Source: Eledone cirrhosa (Eukaryota). Taken from it: a stretch of 64,000 bases of DNA. The notes under the pieces are model-generated. The model saw only the letters and a list, made by a program, of their open reading frames with translations, was not told the DNA's origin and did not search any database. Position numbers and translations under genes: made by a program. The DNA is taken from contig OZ024743.1 of NCBI GenBank assembly GCA_964016885.1, positions 207,390,001-207,454,000 of the forward strand, given 5' to 3'. How positions within the stretch are numbered: position 1 is the stretch's first letter; every line of letters begins with the position of its first letter. Positions 25,593 through 40,348 of this stretch are shown in pieces.

Positions 25593-27977
25593 CTTCAGTT
25601 TGTCTAGCTTAGGGATTCAACTGGATTATTTGGAGACGATTGCTTCTGATAGAACCTTTTGGAAAAAGAAGAAACAGAAGAAGATTACAGCAGTTCTATT
25701 TTCTTAGTGTAACATCTGATATTTCTAATACTCTATAATCCCAGCATGTCATGTTTTTCTAATTATTAGATCCTCCTCTTCACTAACATATTGTATTTCA
25801 ATCTCACCCATGTCATAACAACATGTATATGACAAACCCATAACTTACTAATTCCTTACTGCTACATTTTTGTAATTAATATATACACATATATGTATAT
25901 ACGTCTGATTAAAAGGCTTTGTGGTGTTTGTTTTTGCTCTCTGCATTTTGTGTTCAAATCCTACCATGGTCAACTTTGTCTTTCATACTTTTGGTTTTGA
26001 TAAATAAAATAGCAGTCGAGGTCAGAGGATTGGTGGAATCACTGACCAATATCTCTTTCAGCCTTTCACATTCTGAGTTTACCTGCAAAATCACAGGTGT
26101 GAAGCTGTCTTAGTCATTGCCTTTACCTGGGACAACATTGGTGGCATTGAGAGGGGAGACTGGTATGTATCAGCAACTGCTGGTCTTCTACAAACAACCT
26201 TGCTTGGACTTGTGCATGGGAGGGGAACTTTCTAGGTGCAAATCCCATGGTCATGTGTGATTGAAGGGGATTTTTACCTTTATATATATATCAACTCTAT
26301 GATTACCTATATCAAATGTTTTTGTCATCTCACATGTATAACTTGCTTGATCTGTTATTCACACATCTTTTTCTTTTTCTTTTTCTTCTTCTTCTTCTTC
26401 TTCTTGAGTCAACCTTCCATCGAAGGTCAAACATTCATTTTTCATTTTGCTTTTTCTAATGGCTAGAATATATGCAGTTCACCACATCTGCAGTTCACCA
26501 CATCTGCAGTTCACCACATCTGCACAGATATATACACATATATTCACACACACATAAACACACATTCTACATTTTTTTTTCGCCTCTATTCTTTCTTTTC
26601 TTCTTCTCTCTCTCATTCTATCTTCTGATGAAGGACTAACATCTGAAATGTGAACATACTTTTCCTACTATATCAAGCATTAAACTGTTATATATATATA
26701 TATATATCATCATCACTGTATTATATTGTGCTCCTGTGTTATTGGTTCCTCTCTCTCTCTCAAACACATACATAAACACACACACACGCGCGCACGCACG
26801 CACACACACACACATATGTTTCAACACATGTTTTCATATAAAGATCTTGCAATACAAAAACGAAATATATATTCAATATATATATTCAAACTACTCACAG
26901 AATACGTGAAAAACATTATTAATATTTAATAAGATTATCTTATACCAATGAAAACCGGTTATGTTTAATGCCAAAATTATAAAATTATTCATTCTGTCAA
27001 ATAAAAGAAAAAAATAATCTTTAAATATACTTCTGTGCTATTTCACCTTCACAACTATAACCTTTGTTTTGTATGGGACTTTACTCCCTTTTTCTACAAA
27101 TATAATTTAAATATATATATACATATATATATAATGTTCTTTCTTCTGGCGTTTTTTGCTTTCTTTTACTTTTTTCTTTCTTTACCTCCTATTTTTCACG
27201 AGACTACTGATGCTATAAAACGACACTACCTTCTCCTAGTCATCACATAAAACTCTGTGTATGTGTTATGGCTTGACTGCTATAAGTTAATGTTTTGTCT
27301 TGTCTTTTAATCCATGGACAGCACTTTGGCTTGTGTCAGACGTTGTGACTTTGGGTAGACCAGCAGTACCGTTGGTAGAGGTTGAAACTGCCAGAAGTCC
27401 ATCTCGACAGCTGAAGACTTTGGAGTTCTGCGTCTTTTGCTTGTCTTTTTTTTAAATACCAACATTTTAAAAAAAGTTTTCCCCTCCAAAAAAATTTGTT
27501 GCCTTTTCCTTTGTCATTTTCTCTTTGTTAATTTTCTTAATTTTATTATATATATATATATTTATATATATATATATCATCATCATCATTTAATGTTCAT
27601 TTTCCATGCTAGCATGGGTACATATATATATATATATATATATACTTAATACATTAACAGAGAAAGCTTAAAGCGTTACCCCGACCGTCTCCCATCTCAC
27701 TCACCAAACATTAGGATATAATACCTGAGTATTATCCCAATTATATGTTTGGGGTGCTAACTATATTGTATTACGTGGATAGTTGGTTGTATTATTTTAT
27801 ATGAGACATAATTAAATAAATCTCTCTTTCCATACGATCGTTTCGTTATAAGTTTTCTACAAATTGGGAAAATAATGTCCGGGTTATGTAGAAGCTTGCA
27901 TATAGTCCATAGGTATACATACAAGTGGGCACTTATAATTCATCAGTGGATGCCCAGGCAATATCAATATATATATA

Positions 27978-30900
27978 TATATCATCATCATCGTTTAACG
28001 TCCATCTTCCACGCTTGCATGGGTTTGGACGGGAATTTTCCCACTTGAGGCAAGATTGGTTGTCTTGCTCGTATAGGACTGTCTGGCAGGTTTTCTACGG
28101 CTGGATGCCCTTCCTAACACCAACCACGTTTACAGTGTGGACTGGGAGGTTTTTACCCTGTTACCTACACAGCCATTTTACAGCGTGGACTGTGTGTTTT
28201 TTTGTCGTGACACCTACACGACCTCATTTATTTCGGACTGGATGTTGTGGTACCAACATAACTTTACATCGAAAGGGGTGGTGTGGATGGGGTGGGGGTA
28301 GTGGGACGGGGGTGTATTTTTATTAAGAGGTGCCTACTGACTGTAGGTTTTGCTTTGTACTTAGGCAAGGCGGGTTTTCTGTATAACTGTAGTGCCAAAG
28401 ATCTCGGTCCAGTGACATTGTCTTGGAGAGGTGTAAGTGTGTGAGGTCAGAATTTATCAAGTCATCCCAGGTTTCGCTGGGTCTGCCTACTCTGTGGCTA
28501 CCATCTATTTTTATCGCCCTGCACATTTTTATACAGCTGTTGTCTTTCATGCGCATCACGTGACCATACCAACATAGTCTTCTCTCAAGTAAACAACATC
28601 TGATCCCTGTTATTCCTAATTTCTCCCTTAGTTCATTTATGCTTTGCCAATCACGTATATTACTATTACACATCCAGCGGAGCATGCAAGCTTCGTTCCT
28701 CTCCAGTCTGCATATATCCTCTGCACACAATGCCCAAGTCTCACTGCCATGTAACATTGATGAATGGCTTGTGAAAGCGGTACAAGCCATGTATAGGGGA
28801 GCAGTCAGCAAAGTTAGGATTGGCAATGAGTATAGCGAGGAATTTAGCGTACAGGTTGGGGTCCACCAGGGCTCTGTTCTTAGCCCTCTCCTGTTCATCA
28901 TAGTCCTGCAGGCAATAACGGAGGAGTTTAAGACCGGATGCCCATGGGAACTCCTGTATGCTGATGACCTCGCACTCATAGCTGAATCTATGGTAGAACT
29001 AGAGAATAAATTCCAAACCTGGAAGCAGGGACTAGAGAGAAAGGGCCTCAAAGTCAACATGACAAAGACTAAGGTCCTTATAAGTAGACGAGAAAACAGA
29101 ACCCAGATCCCCTCAGGGAAATGGCCTTGCTCAGTATGTAGGAAAGGTGTAGGTAGGAACTCCATTCTCTGCCCCAAATGCAAACAATGGGTACACAAGA
29201 GATGTAGCGGGATCTCAGGAAGCTTAATTAAGAATGTAGGATTCACATGCAGCAGCTGTGCTGAAACAGCAAGCAAACAGCCACAGGAAACAAGTACCAC
29301 CAATCTCTGGGAGGGCCCTGTAGAAACAGTAGACAGCTTCTGCTACCTAGGTGACCGAATTAGCAACGGAGGTGGGTGCTCAGAAAGTACAATAACTAGG
29401 GTAAGAACGGGATGGAAGAAGTTTAGGGAACTACTACCACTGCTAGCTGCAAAAGGCTTCTCCCTCAGAATGAAAGGCAGACTGTATGATGCGTGTATCC
29501 GAACAGCGATGTTGCATGGTAGTGAGACCTGGGCGCTGAAGGTGGAAGACTTACGTAGATTAGAGAGAAACGAAGCCTGCATGCTCCGATGGATGTGTAA
29601 CAGTAATATACGTGAACGACAAAGCATAAAGGAATTGAGAGAGAGACTGAGCATAAGAGGAATCAAATGCTGCGTGCAGGAGAGGCGGTTACGCTGGTAT
29701 GGACATGTGATGCGTATGAAGGATGACAGCTGCATAAAAAGGTGCAGAGCACTAGAAGTTGATGGAAACCACGGAGTGGGGAGACCCAAGATGACTTGGG
29801 ATGAGGTGATAAAAGCCGACCTTACCCAACTACACCTCTCAAAGTCAATGACACACGACCGTGACTTCTGGCGTCACGCAGTAATACAGGGTACCCGACC
29901 TCCCATGGGTACATGCTGAAGCATATAAACAATATGCCCCCCCCCCCACCGCAAGGTGGTCGTGGAGGTGCCACGGCAAAAAAGCACCCAGCCCACACTG
30001 TAAAGTGGACGTGTAGGCGCCACGAAAAAGCACCCAGCACTCACTGTAAATGAGGTTGGTGTTAGGAAGGGCATCCAGCTGTAGAAATCAAGCCAGATCA
30101 GTTCCTGTATGAGCAAGGCATGGTCAGCCGACCAGACACTGCCCACAACAGGACAACCCGTCTAACCCATGCTAGCGTGGAAGAACGGACGTAAAACAGT
30201 GATGATGATGATGATGATGACAGCCTGCCTTTCATTTTTAGAGAGAACCCTTTAGCGGCCAATAGTGGTATAAGCTCTCTGAACTTTTTCCATCCCGTTC
30301 TGACTCTAGCTACTGTACTTTCAGAGCACCCTCCACCACTGCTGATTTTGTCACCCAGAACCATCTGTGCAATGGAGCTAGTATTCTGTGGGCACTTGCT
30401 GCTACTTATTGCACCTGAGCACCGGCCACATATAAAATCTATATTCTTAGTTAGCTTACCTGTGATCCCACTACATCTTTTATGCACCCATACTTTGCAT
30501 TTGGGACATAAAATGGAGTTTCTGCCTACTCCTTTCCTACACACTGAGCATGGCTATTTCCCAGATGGGACCAGTGCCCTATTTTCCTTCCTACAAACTA
30601 GAACTTTAGTCTTAGACAGGTTAATTTTAAGGCCTTTTGATTCTAGGCCATGCTTCCATGTTTGGAATTTCTTCTCTAGTTCAGCCATTGATTCAGCTAT
30701 GAGCGTTAGATCATCTGCATATAGGAGTTCCCATGGGCAGCCAGTCTTGAACTCCTCTGTTATAGCCTGAAGGGCAATAATAAATAGTAGGGGGCTAAGG
30801 ACAGAGCCCTGATGAACACCAACTTTTACGCTAAACTCTTCACTATATTCGTTGTTAATTATAACCTTGCTGACTGTTTCTTTAAACATGGCTTGTATAG

Positions 30901-31838
30901 CTCTCACAAGCCATTCATCAACACCTAGTTTTCTAAGAGCCCACCAGATAATGGAGCGGGGGACTGTGTCAAAGGCTTTCTCCAAGTCAACAAAAGCTAA
31001 GTATAGGGGTTTACTTTTAGCTAGGTACTTCTCCTGTAGTTGTCGTACAATGAAAAGAGCGTCTGTGGTACTTTTACCTGACACAAACCCAAACTGCATT
31101 TCATCTAGATCAATTCGCTCTCTGATTAAGTTGTGCTATTACTTTTTCTGTGACCTTCATGACCTGGTCAATTAATTTAATGCCTCTATAGTTTCTTCTA
31201 TCTAGGGCGTCTCCTTTACCCTTGTAGCAGTTAATGATGATGCTGCTACGCCAGTCCTTCGGAACAACCCCATTCTGTATGACTTGGTTTACTATCCGGA
31301 TGACCATAGTGTGTCCCACCATTCCAGATGCTTTCAGTATTTCAGCAACTATTTCTGAAGGCCCAGCCGCCTTGCCTGTCTTCATATCTTTGATCACCTT
31401 ACTTATTATACTACCTTCAACTTGCACTGCTGGTCCATCTATTGGATTGATGTGGGGGAGACTGTCTTTCTCCCATTTATTCTCCTCATTTAGTAGCCTT
31501 TCGTAGTGACCCTTCCAAGCTACCTTCTTATCAGCGTCAGTGATGGCAAGTACACCATCATCATTAAGGACACACTTCTCCCCGACAATATCACGGCTTT
31601 CCTTGACACATTGCCTAGCAATCCTGAACACCTCACGTTTTTGGTCCTCGTGTTGTAGAACATGCTTGAACTTCCTTTCCTCTGCTTCCCTTCTTGCGAA
31701 GTACACTTGTCTCCGAGCTTCCCTCCTGGCCACTTGAGAGTCTTCTCTATTTCTCCCATCCCACCATGCTTTCCAAGCCTGCTTTTTGGCCTTGATTGAC
31801 TCCTCCACCTTACTGTTCCACCACCAAGTTACTCTCTC

Positions 31839-31840
<2 letters not shown>
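27978..31840 (-). mobile_element. RTE LINE subfamily A, copy 1 (5'-truncated, disrupted), interrupted by 28758-30220
   Basis: RT motifs MQFGF..GKSTTDALF, FVDLEKAFD, GVHQGSVLSPLLF, LLYADDL; C-terminus LERRLCWYGHVMRM; 3' UTR and (gat)n at about 27980. Confidence 0.92.
28758..30220 (+). mobile_element. RTE LINE subfamily B, 5'-truncated, inserted antiparallel into copy A1
   Basis: Open frame from IDEWLVKAVQAMY to the stop at 29919 with RT motifs and a Cys/His finger; 3' UTR and (gat)n to 30220. Confidence 0.92.
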
Positions 31841-31876
<36 letters not shown>

Positions 31877-32597
31877 CTGGAAAGGGTGAGATTCTTAATT
31901 CAACACCAAAATGTAACTGATTTGAATCAAAGTTATTGTTAGTATTATATGAATCAGTTCTAATTTTCTTAAATTCACAAAATAAATCTAAGATACAGAA
32001 TGCAGAAAATCTGATTTAAATGAGAGCCATATATGGTGGCATGCAATCATGTGACTTATTAGAATATCATCAGTCAGCTGATCCAAAACTTAATACATGA
32101 AGTACATTCATTTGAAGATTTCAAATGATTTCTGTATTTCAGCTAACTATCCCCACCTCACCCAAAATAAAATGGTTATCTTGATGAGATGAATGTCATA
32201 TTTTGATAGAAACAAGTATATAGCTGATGATATATATATTGTCAAACCATGCTAGCGTTGAAAATGGATGTTAAATAATGATGAATATATATATGTGTAT
32301 ATATATATATATAGAGAGAGTCAGAGCCTGATAGCTGAGCTCTTGCCGTTTTGACAGCAAAAAAATTCTCTGCTGAATAATGGTCTTAGTTTAAAACTGG
32401 TAAAATCCTTGTGTGTGTGTTTGTGTGTACTACATGTCTATGCAAGTGTATGTTAGCATGTCTTGTATTGTATTGTTTAATATGGATAAAGTAACAAAAA
32501 TGTTCATTAGACACTACTACTATTACCACCACCACCTACTACTACTACTATTACTACCACCACCACCACCACCACTATTGCCACTACTTCAATTCTG

Positions 32598-32633
<36 letters not shown>

Positions 32634-32740
32634 AAATTCATTTATGCCCATCTAGCTATATTATGTATTATGACATATACGGATATGCATATACAACAGA
32701 TTAACATCTGTTTTTCAGTGTATGTGCTTTTATATCTATA

Positions 32741-32785
<45 letters not shown>

Positions 32786-32809
32786 GTATATATATATATA
32801 TATATACAC

Positions 32810-32876
<67 letters not shown>

Positions 32877-32930
32877 CTCATATATATATATATATACACA
32901 TATATATATATATATATATATACACATATG

Positions 32931-32963
<33 letters not shown>

Positions 32964-33020
32964 CATGCAAGCATGGAACACGGACGTTAAACGATGATGA
33001 TGATGACGATGATATATATG

Positions 33021-33060
<40 letters not shown>

Positions 33061-33216
33061 TACACACATATGTATATACACATATGTATATACACATATA
33101 TATTTATATATATATACACATATGTATATATATATATATATATAGGAACAAGTAAGACCCCCGACGGCTGAGCTCAAGCCGTTTCGACGGCTAATTCTGA
33201 ATTAGCCGTCGAAACG

Positions 33217-33416
33217 NNNNNNNNNNNNNNNNNNNNNNNNNNNNNNNNNNNNNNNNNNNNNNNNNNNNNNNNNNNNNNNNNNNNNNNNNNNNNNNNNNNN
33301 NNNNNNNNNNNNNNNNNNNNNNNNNNNNNNNNNNNNNNNNNNNNNNNNNNNNNNNNNNNNNNNNNNNNNNNNNNNNNNNNNNNNNNNNNNNNNNNNNNNN
33401 NNNNNNNNNNNNNNNN
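33217..33416. other. Assembly gap (200 N)
   Basis: Direct observation. Confidence 1.
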
Positions 33417-34625
33417 CATTTTCACATCATGCAGATAATATACGCTCACGGCGACGTTGGAGTGAGTAAAGTTTCAGGTTTCCAATCGACCCAGTAGTCA
33501 AGGTCTGACATGCATCTATCTTTTCGTGATTGCCCTTTGAGGAGCTTCAAGTTCATGATACTTTGTTTCGTGTGGGGGAGACCACAGTGGACAACAGTAT
33601 CAAGGTGTGGTCGGGCGAAAGTAGAGAAGAGAAGGATAATGGTGCGGGAATCTCTCGACTGGAAGGTTCTGAGGATCCAGGAACACATTCTGCGGGCCAT
33701 GTCAACTTTGCTGCTTATATGCGTGGTCCAGCTTATGTTGCTGTCCACGGTTACTCCCAAGTCTCTGATGTTGTTAGATGCCACGAGAGTTTCCCCGGAG
33801 GGAAGGGAGTACGGGAGTTTCAGAGCATCCCTCTTTTCCAAGTGGATCAGTTCGAATTTGTCTTCGTCAGTAACATGTTGTTCTTTTCTGCCCATTGGGT
33901 AACAGCCAGTAGGTCTGACTGAAGGCTTATCCGGTCATCCACGCCATTGATGACCTTTTGGAGCTTGGAATCATCAGCGAAAATTTTAATGTTGCTGTGT
34001 TGATGATGTCAGTGATGTCATTAATATTAGATGATGAGAGAAGTGGGCCCAACACAGTGCCTTGTGGGACTCCACTACTGACTTTGGCTGGGCTTGATTT
34101 GACTCCCTCAACTACAACATGTTGGGTTCTGTTGACAGGAAGCTCTTGATCACTGCAGCAGCTTTCCCGTGACACCAATATTGGACAGCTTTCTCAGTAG
34201 AATGTTATGATCAACCCTGTCAAAGGCCTTGCTGAAATCAAGGTAGATAACATCAGTGTTGGAACCCTCTCCCAAGGGCTCTCAAAATGTCATCAAAGTG
34301 ATGCAGTAGTTGCGTCAGGCAATCCCTTCCATTACGGAATCCATGCTGGTTGGAGTTCAGCATATTGTTACTCTCAAGGAAGTGGGTCATTCGCGATCTC
34401 ACCACTCGCTCAAATACCTTAATGATATGAGAAGGTGAGTGAGATTGGACGGTAATTCACGGCAAGGATTTGTTTCCCTTTTTGAAAAACTGGGACAACA
34501 GACTGGGATAGAAGGTTTTCTGGCACATATCCAGCCATCCAGTGAGTTCCGCCACAGATTGGCAAGAGAGAAGCTAGTTGGTGTTGACACGCCTTCAAGA
34601 CACAAGCAGGGAACCTATCGGGACC
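33417..34625 (-). mobile_element. CR1/L2-group LINE RT fragment, heavily frameshifted
   Basis: NYRPISLT, VSSGVPQGTVLGPLL, DLGVTVDSNISWTTHI, LFSTFARPHL. Confidence 0.85.
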
Positions 34626-34670
34626 TACATATATATATATACATATATATATATACATATATATATATAC

Positions 34671-34702
<32 letters not shown>

Positions 34703-35043
34703 GGTGGCACATTGGCTTAGTGGTTAGAGGATTGGCCTTGCAATCGAAAGGTTGTGAGTTCAATTCTCAGACCGCTGATGTGTTGTTCCTTGAGCAAGAC
34801 ACTTATTTCACATTGCTCCAGTTTACTCAGCTGTAGAAATGAGATGATAGGGGCTGGGTGTCCCTATCATTCCACTGCAAAGTGGTCGTGGAGGTGCCAC
34901 GGCAAAAAAGCACCCAGCACTCACTGTAAATGAGGTTGGTGTTAGGAAGGGCATCCAGCTGTAGAAATCAAGCCAGAATCAGTTCCCGTCCCACCCTTGC
35001 AAGCAGGGAAAAGCGGACGTAAAATGAAATGAAAAATGAAATG

Positions 35044-36230
<1,187 letters not shown>

Positions 36231-36919
36231 AATTCTTTAATGTCATATATACACATTATCATCGTTTAACATTGTATGCTCAAACACTTCCAAGGGTACA
36301 GTTTTGCAGATATGTACTGAGGAATTGATGTTAATATTGCTTCATACTGCCATTAATAACGACTTGATGGTATTTAAAATGACGAAGAAAAAAAACTGTT
36401 TCCTTAAAAAATATTAATACTAAACAACTTAAGTCAAGAAATATCTGATTTTTTCTCCTTTACTTTTACTATTTCTTGAAGTTAACAAATAAGTTAACTA
36501 GGTGACTGTGTGACCTAGCTTTTATTTGCTCAGAAACTAGATAAGATACAAGAAAATTAGGGATAGAGAGGGAAGGAGGTAGTGGATGGGTGGGCGAGAG
36601 AGGGGTGTGAGGGAGAGAAAGCAAAAGGGGAGAGAGAGGGGAAGTGTGTGTGTGAGAGAAAGAGAGCATGCCTGAAGGGAGTGCCTGAAGTGTGTGTGTG
36701 TGTGTGTGTGTGAGAGAGTAAAAAAGAGAGAGCGTGCCTGAGTGACTATGTAGGGGTGTAGGGGAATTACATGTAAAGAACATAGACTTATTCCAACCAA
36801 GGAGGTCAAGTCTTGTTAAAATTGTGTATAAAACAAATTTAAATTGATAAGAAATTTAGAACAGAATTCTTATTAGACAATTTTTAGGCTATTCTTGTTT
36901 GTGTCATGAACTCTGTCTT

Positions 36920-38575
36920 CACCTTATTTCTAATGAAAGACACTACCTATGTCATTAACCCTTTCATTACCATATTGCTAATAAAAGACACTACCTATGT
37001 CAATAATCCTTTCATTACTATATTTCTAATGTAAGACACTGTCTATGTCATTAACCCTTTCATTACCATATTGCTAATAAAAGACACTGTCTATGTCATT
37101 AACCCTTTCATTACTATATTTCTAATGAAAGACACTGTCTATGTCATTAACCCTTTCATTACTATATTTCTAATGTAAGACACTACCTATGTCAATAATC
37201 CTTTCATTACTATATTTCTAATGTAAGACACTGTCTATGTCATTAACCCTTTCATTACTATATTTCTAATGTAAGACACTGTCTATGTCATTAACCCTTT
37301 CATTACTATATTTCTAATGAAAGACACTGTCTATGTCATTAACCCTTTCATTACTATATTTCTAATGAAAGACACTGTCTATGTCATTAACCCTTTCATT
37401 ACTATATTAACTTTGCCTTTCATCCTTACGGGGTCGATAAAATAAAGTACCAGTAATGTACTGGGTAATTTTCTGGCCTTGTGCCAATAGTAGAAACAAT
37501 TACTATATTTCTAATGTAAGACACTGTCTATGTCATTAACCCTTTCATTACTATATTTCTAATGAAAGACACTGTCATTAACCTTTTCATTACTATATTT
37601 CTAATGTAAGACACTGTCTATGTCATTAACCCTTTCATTACAATATTTCTAATGAAAGACACTGCCTATGTCATCAACCCTTTCATTACTATATTTCTAA
37701 TGAAAGACACTGTCTATGTCATTAACCCCTTCATTACCATATTGCTAATAAAAGACACTACCTATGTCAATAATCCTTTCGTTACCATATTTCTAATGAA
37801 AGACACTGTCTATGTCATTAACCCTTTCATTACTATATTTCTAATGAAAGACACTGTCTATGTCATTAACCCTTTCATTACTATATTTCTAATGAAAGAC
37901 ACTACCTATGTCATTAACCCTTTCATTACTATATTTTTAATGTAAGACACTGTCTATGTCATTAACCCTTTCATTACTATATTTCTAATGAAAGACACTG
38001 TCTATGTCATTAACCCTTTCATTACTATATTTCTAATGTAAGACACTGTCTATGTCATTAACCCCTTCATTACCATATTGCTAATAAAAGACACTACCTA
38101 TGTCAATAATCCTTTCGTTACCATATTTCTAATGAAAGACACTGTCTATGTCATTAACCCTTTCATTACTATATTTCTAATGAAAGACACTGTCTATGTC
38201 ATTAACCCTTTCATTACTATATTTCTAATGAAAGACACTACCTATGTCATTAACCCTTTCATTACTATATTTTTAATGTAAGACACTGTCTATGTCATTA
38301 ACCCTTTCATTACTATATTTCTAATGAAAGACACTGTCTATGTCATTAACCCTTTCATTACTATATTTCTAATGTAAGACACTGTCTATGTCATTAACCC
38401 TTTCATTACTATATTTCTAATGAAAGACACTACCTATGTCATTAACCCTTTCATTACTATATTTCTAATGTAAGACACTGTCTATGTCATTAACCCTTTC
38501 ATTACTATATTTCTAATGAAAGACACTGTCTGTCATTAACCCTTTCATTACCATATTGCTAATAAAAGACACTGA
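36920..38575 (+). repeat. 48-bp minisatellite, about 32 copies, interrupted by a SINE fragment
   Basis: Unit actatatttctaatgaaagacactgtctatgtcattaaccctttcatt. Confidence 0.95.
37408..37498 (+). mobile_element. 5'-truncated SINE family 1 inserted in the minisatellite
   Basis: SINE core flanked by duplicated attactatatt (37398-37408 and 37499-37509). Confidence 0.85.
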
Positions 38576-38582
38576 CTGTGAT

Positions 38583-38886
38583 TTTCAGAAAGCCGGTACA
38601 ATGTGGTATAAATATATAAAGGGCAAGGGGTGACACATAAAGCAAAGTAATGTTTTACCCAGTATATTACAACATATTTCAGGGTTATAACCCTCTTTTC
38701 AAATGTAAAACAAAATCAGTTCAAAACAAAAACGATCAATGCATTCTTCCCTAACATTAATATTTTGAACTATTTTTATTTTACATTTAAATAGAGTGTA
38801 ATAGCTCTGAAATATGTTGAAATACACTGGATTTGTCGTCCTTTGCCTTTTATATATTTCTATCATATTGAACTGGCTTTCTGAAT
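38583..38886. repeat. Old imperfect fold-back inverted repeat
   Basis: ttcagaaagccggtacaatgtggtataaatatataaagggcaaggg vs cctttgccttttatatatttctatcatattgaactggctttctgaa, plus a second inner paired block. Confidence 0.7.
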
Positions 38887-40091
38887 GTGGAGGTTAACTA
38901 GGGAGGAGTTTCCCCAACAGGAGCGAGGTCTTGGATTGAACTGGAAACACTTTAAAATAAACAGTTGTGTGTCAAGGAATCAAGGATTAATTTTAGGCAT
39001 TTTGTAATCAAAAGGTTTAATAAGTAAATCATATTTGCCTTTTCATTGAATAAATTTGAGATTAATCATTGTTTCCGTTACTTTCCTATACAACCAGATC
39101 TGCCCTTCTTTACCCCTTCCCGCCTTTTTTATCATTATTTATATAATTAATTATGAAAACTTAATAAATTATTTACAAAAGAAACAAATCAATAACATTT
39201 TTTGTATTTGATTTTGTTTTTCGCTATTAATGAAATATAACAGTTATTTAAGTGTATTTACTTGGTAGATAAAATAATATAGTTACACTTAAGTGCAGTT
39301 ACTTGGTAGATAAAATATAGTTACACTTAATTGTATTTACTTGGTGTATAAAAGTTTTGTCAATTTTCTAAACTACTTATTGGAACGTGATGTAATTAAA
39401 GTGATTAATATTGCTAGACATTATTTCTGTCTCCAGCCATAGTTTGTGTGTACGTGTGTCTGAATGTCTTAATTGCTTATTAAGTAATGTAGTTTCTCGT
39501 ATCTGATTTCTGACAATAGTGAATAGTTTTAATAGGGATGGCTTCACCAAGGAGCCTGACCTTACAACACAACAGGAAAACGGTCTTTAGTGCTGATTCA
39601 AAAGACTTATTAAAAATGAGGGCACATTATATATATATATATATATAATGTCAATTAAATGTATGATTAACAGCTTTGGTTATTTTGATTATTTTATATG
39701 TTCTGTGAATAACATAATATACCCATGCAGTGAGTGGTCAGTAAATATTGGATTAACTCCAGATGCTCTATACCCAACAGACCAACCGATTATCAACTCA
39801 CATTGAACTTTGCCAAACGTATAGCTGTTTTCTCAACTTGTCTGAACACACACACACATATATATATATATATAAATAGACAATTACATATATATATATG
39901 ATTATATATATATATATATATATATGTAATTGTCTATTTTTCCACACTTGCATGGGTTAGACAGGTTGTCATGTTATGAGATATGTCAGGTTCGGAGATC
40001 ACGTCATGCTCATACAGGTCTGTATTCTGGCTTGGTTTCTACAGCTGGATGCCCTTCCTGACGCCAACCAGGTTACAGTGTGGACTGGGTG

Positions 40092-40155
<64 letters not shown>

Positions 40156-40169
40156 TAAAGTAGAATAAA

Positions 40170-40300
40170 AGTTAGTATTGCAGCATATGTACAAACTTTA
40201 TCATATTACAATTGTTTTGATATCAATCAGCTAAGGGTACAATCATAATGATGGGGCCAGACTCTTCTACATCTCCTCAGATATGCGAGTTTATATGTGC
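40170..40300 (-). ncRNA. Degenerate copy of the 47240-47330 hammerhead family
   Basis: Minus strand gcatat CTGAGGA gatgt...gatatc AAAA caattg TA atatg; GAAA has mutated to AAAA. Confidence 0.55.
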
Positions 40301-40348
40301 ATCAATTGCTTCAAACAACGCACTGCCTGTAACTGTAGTTACACACCT

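Noticed and set aside
28639-28757. N-terminus of the 426-aa ORF as part of a real protein
   Set aside because: It is antisense RTE-A sequence fused in frame by chance at the insertion junction; likewise the C-terminus of ORF 50523-51848 reads into the inserted copy's UTR.
37652-38281. ORFs with a repeating MKDTVYVINPFITIFL peptide
   Set aside because: A by-product of the 48-bp unit; many units carry an in-frame TAA and there is no splice support.
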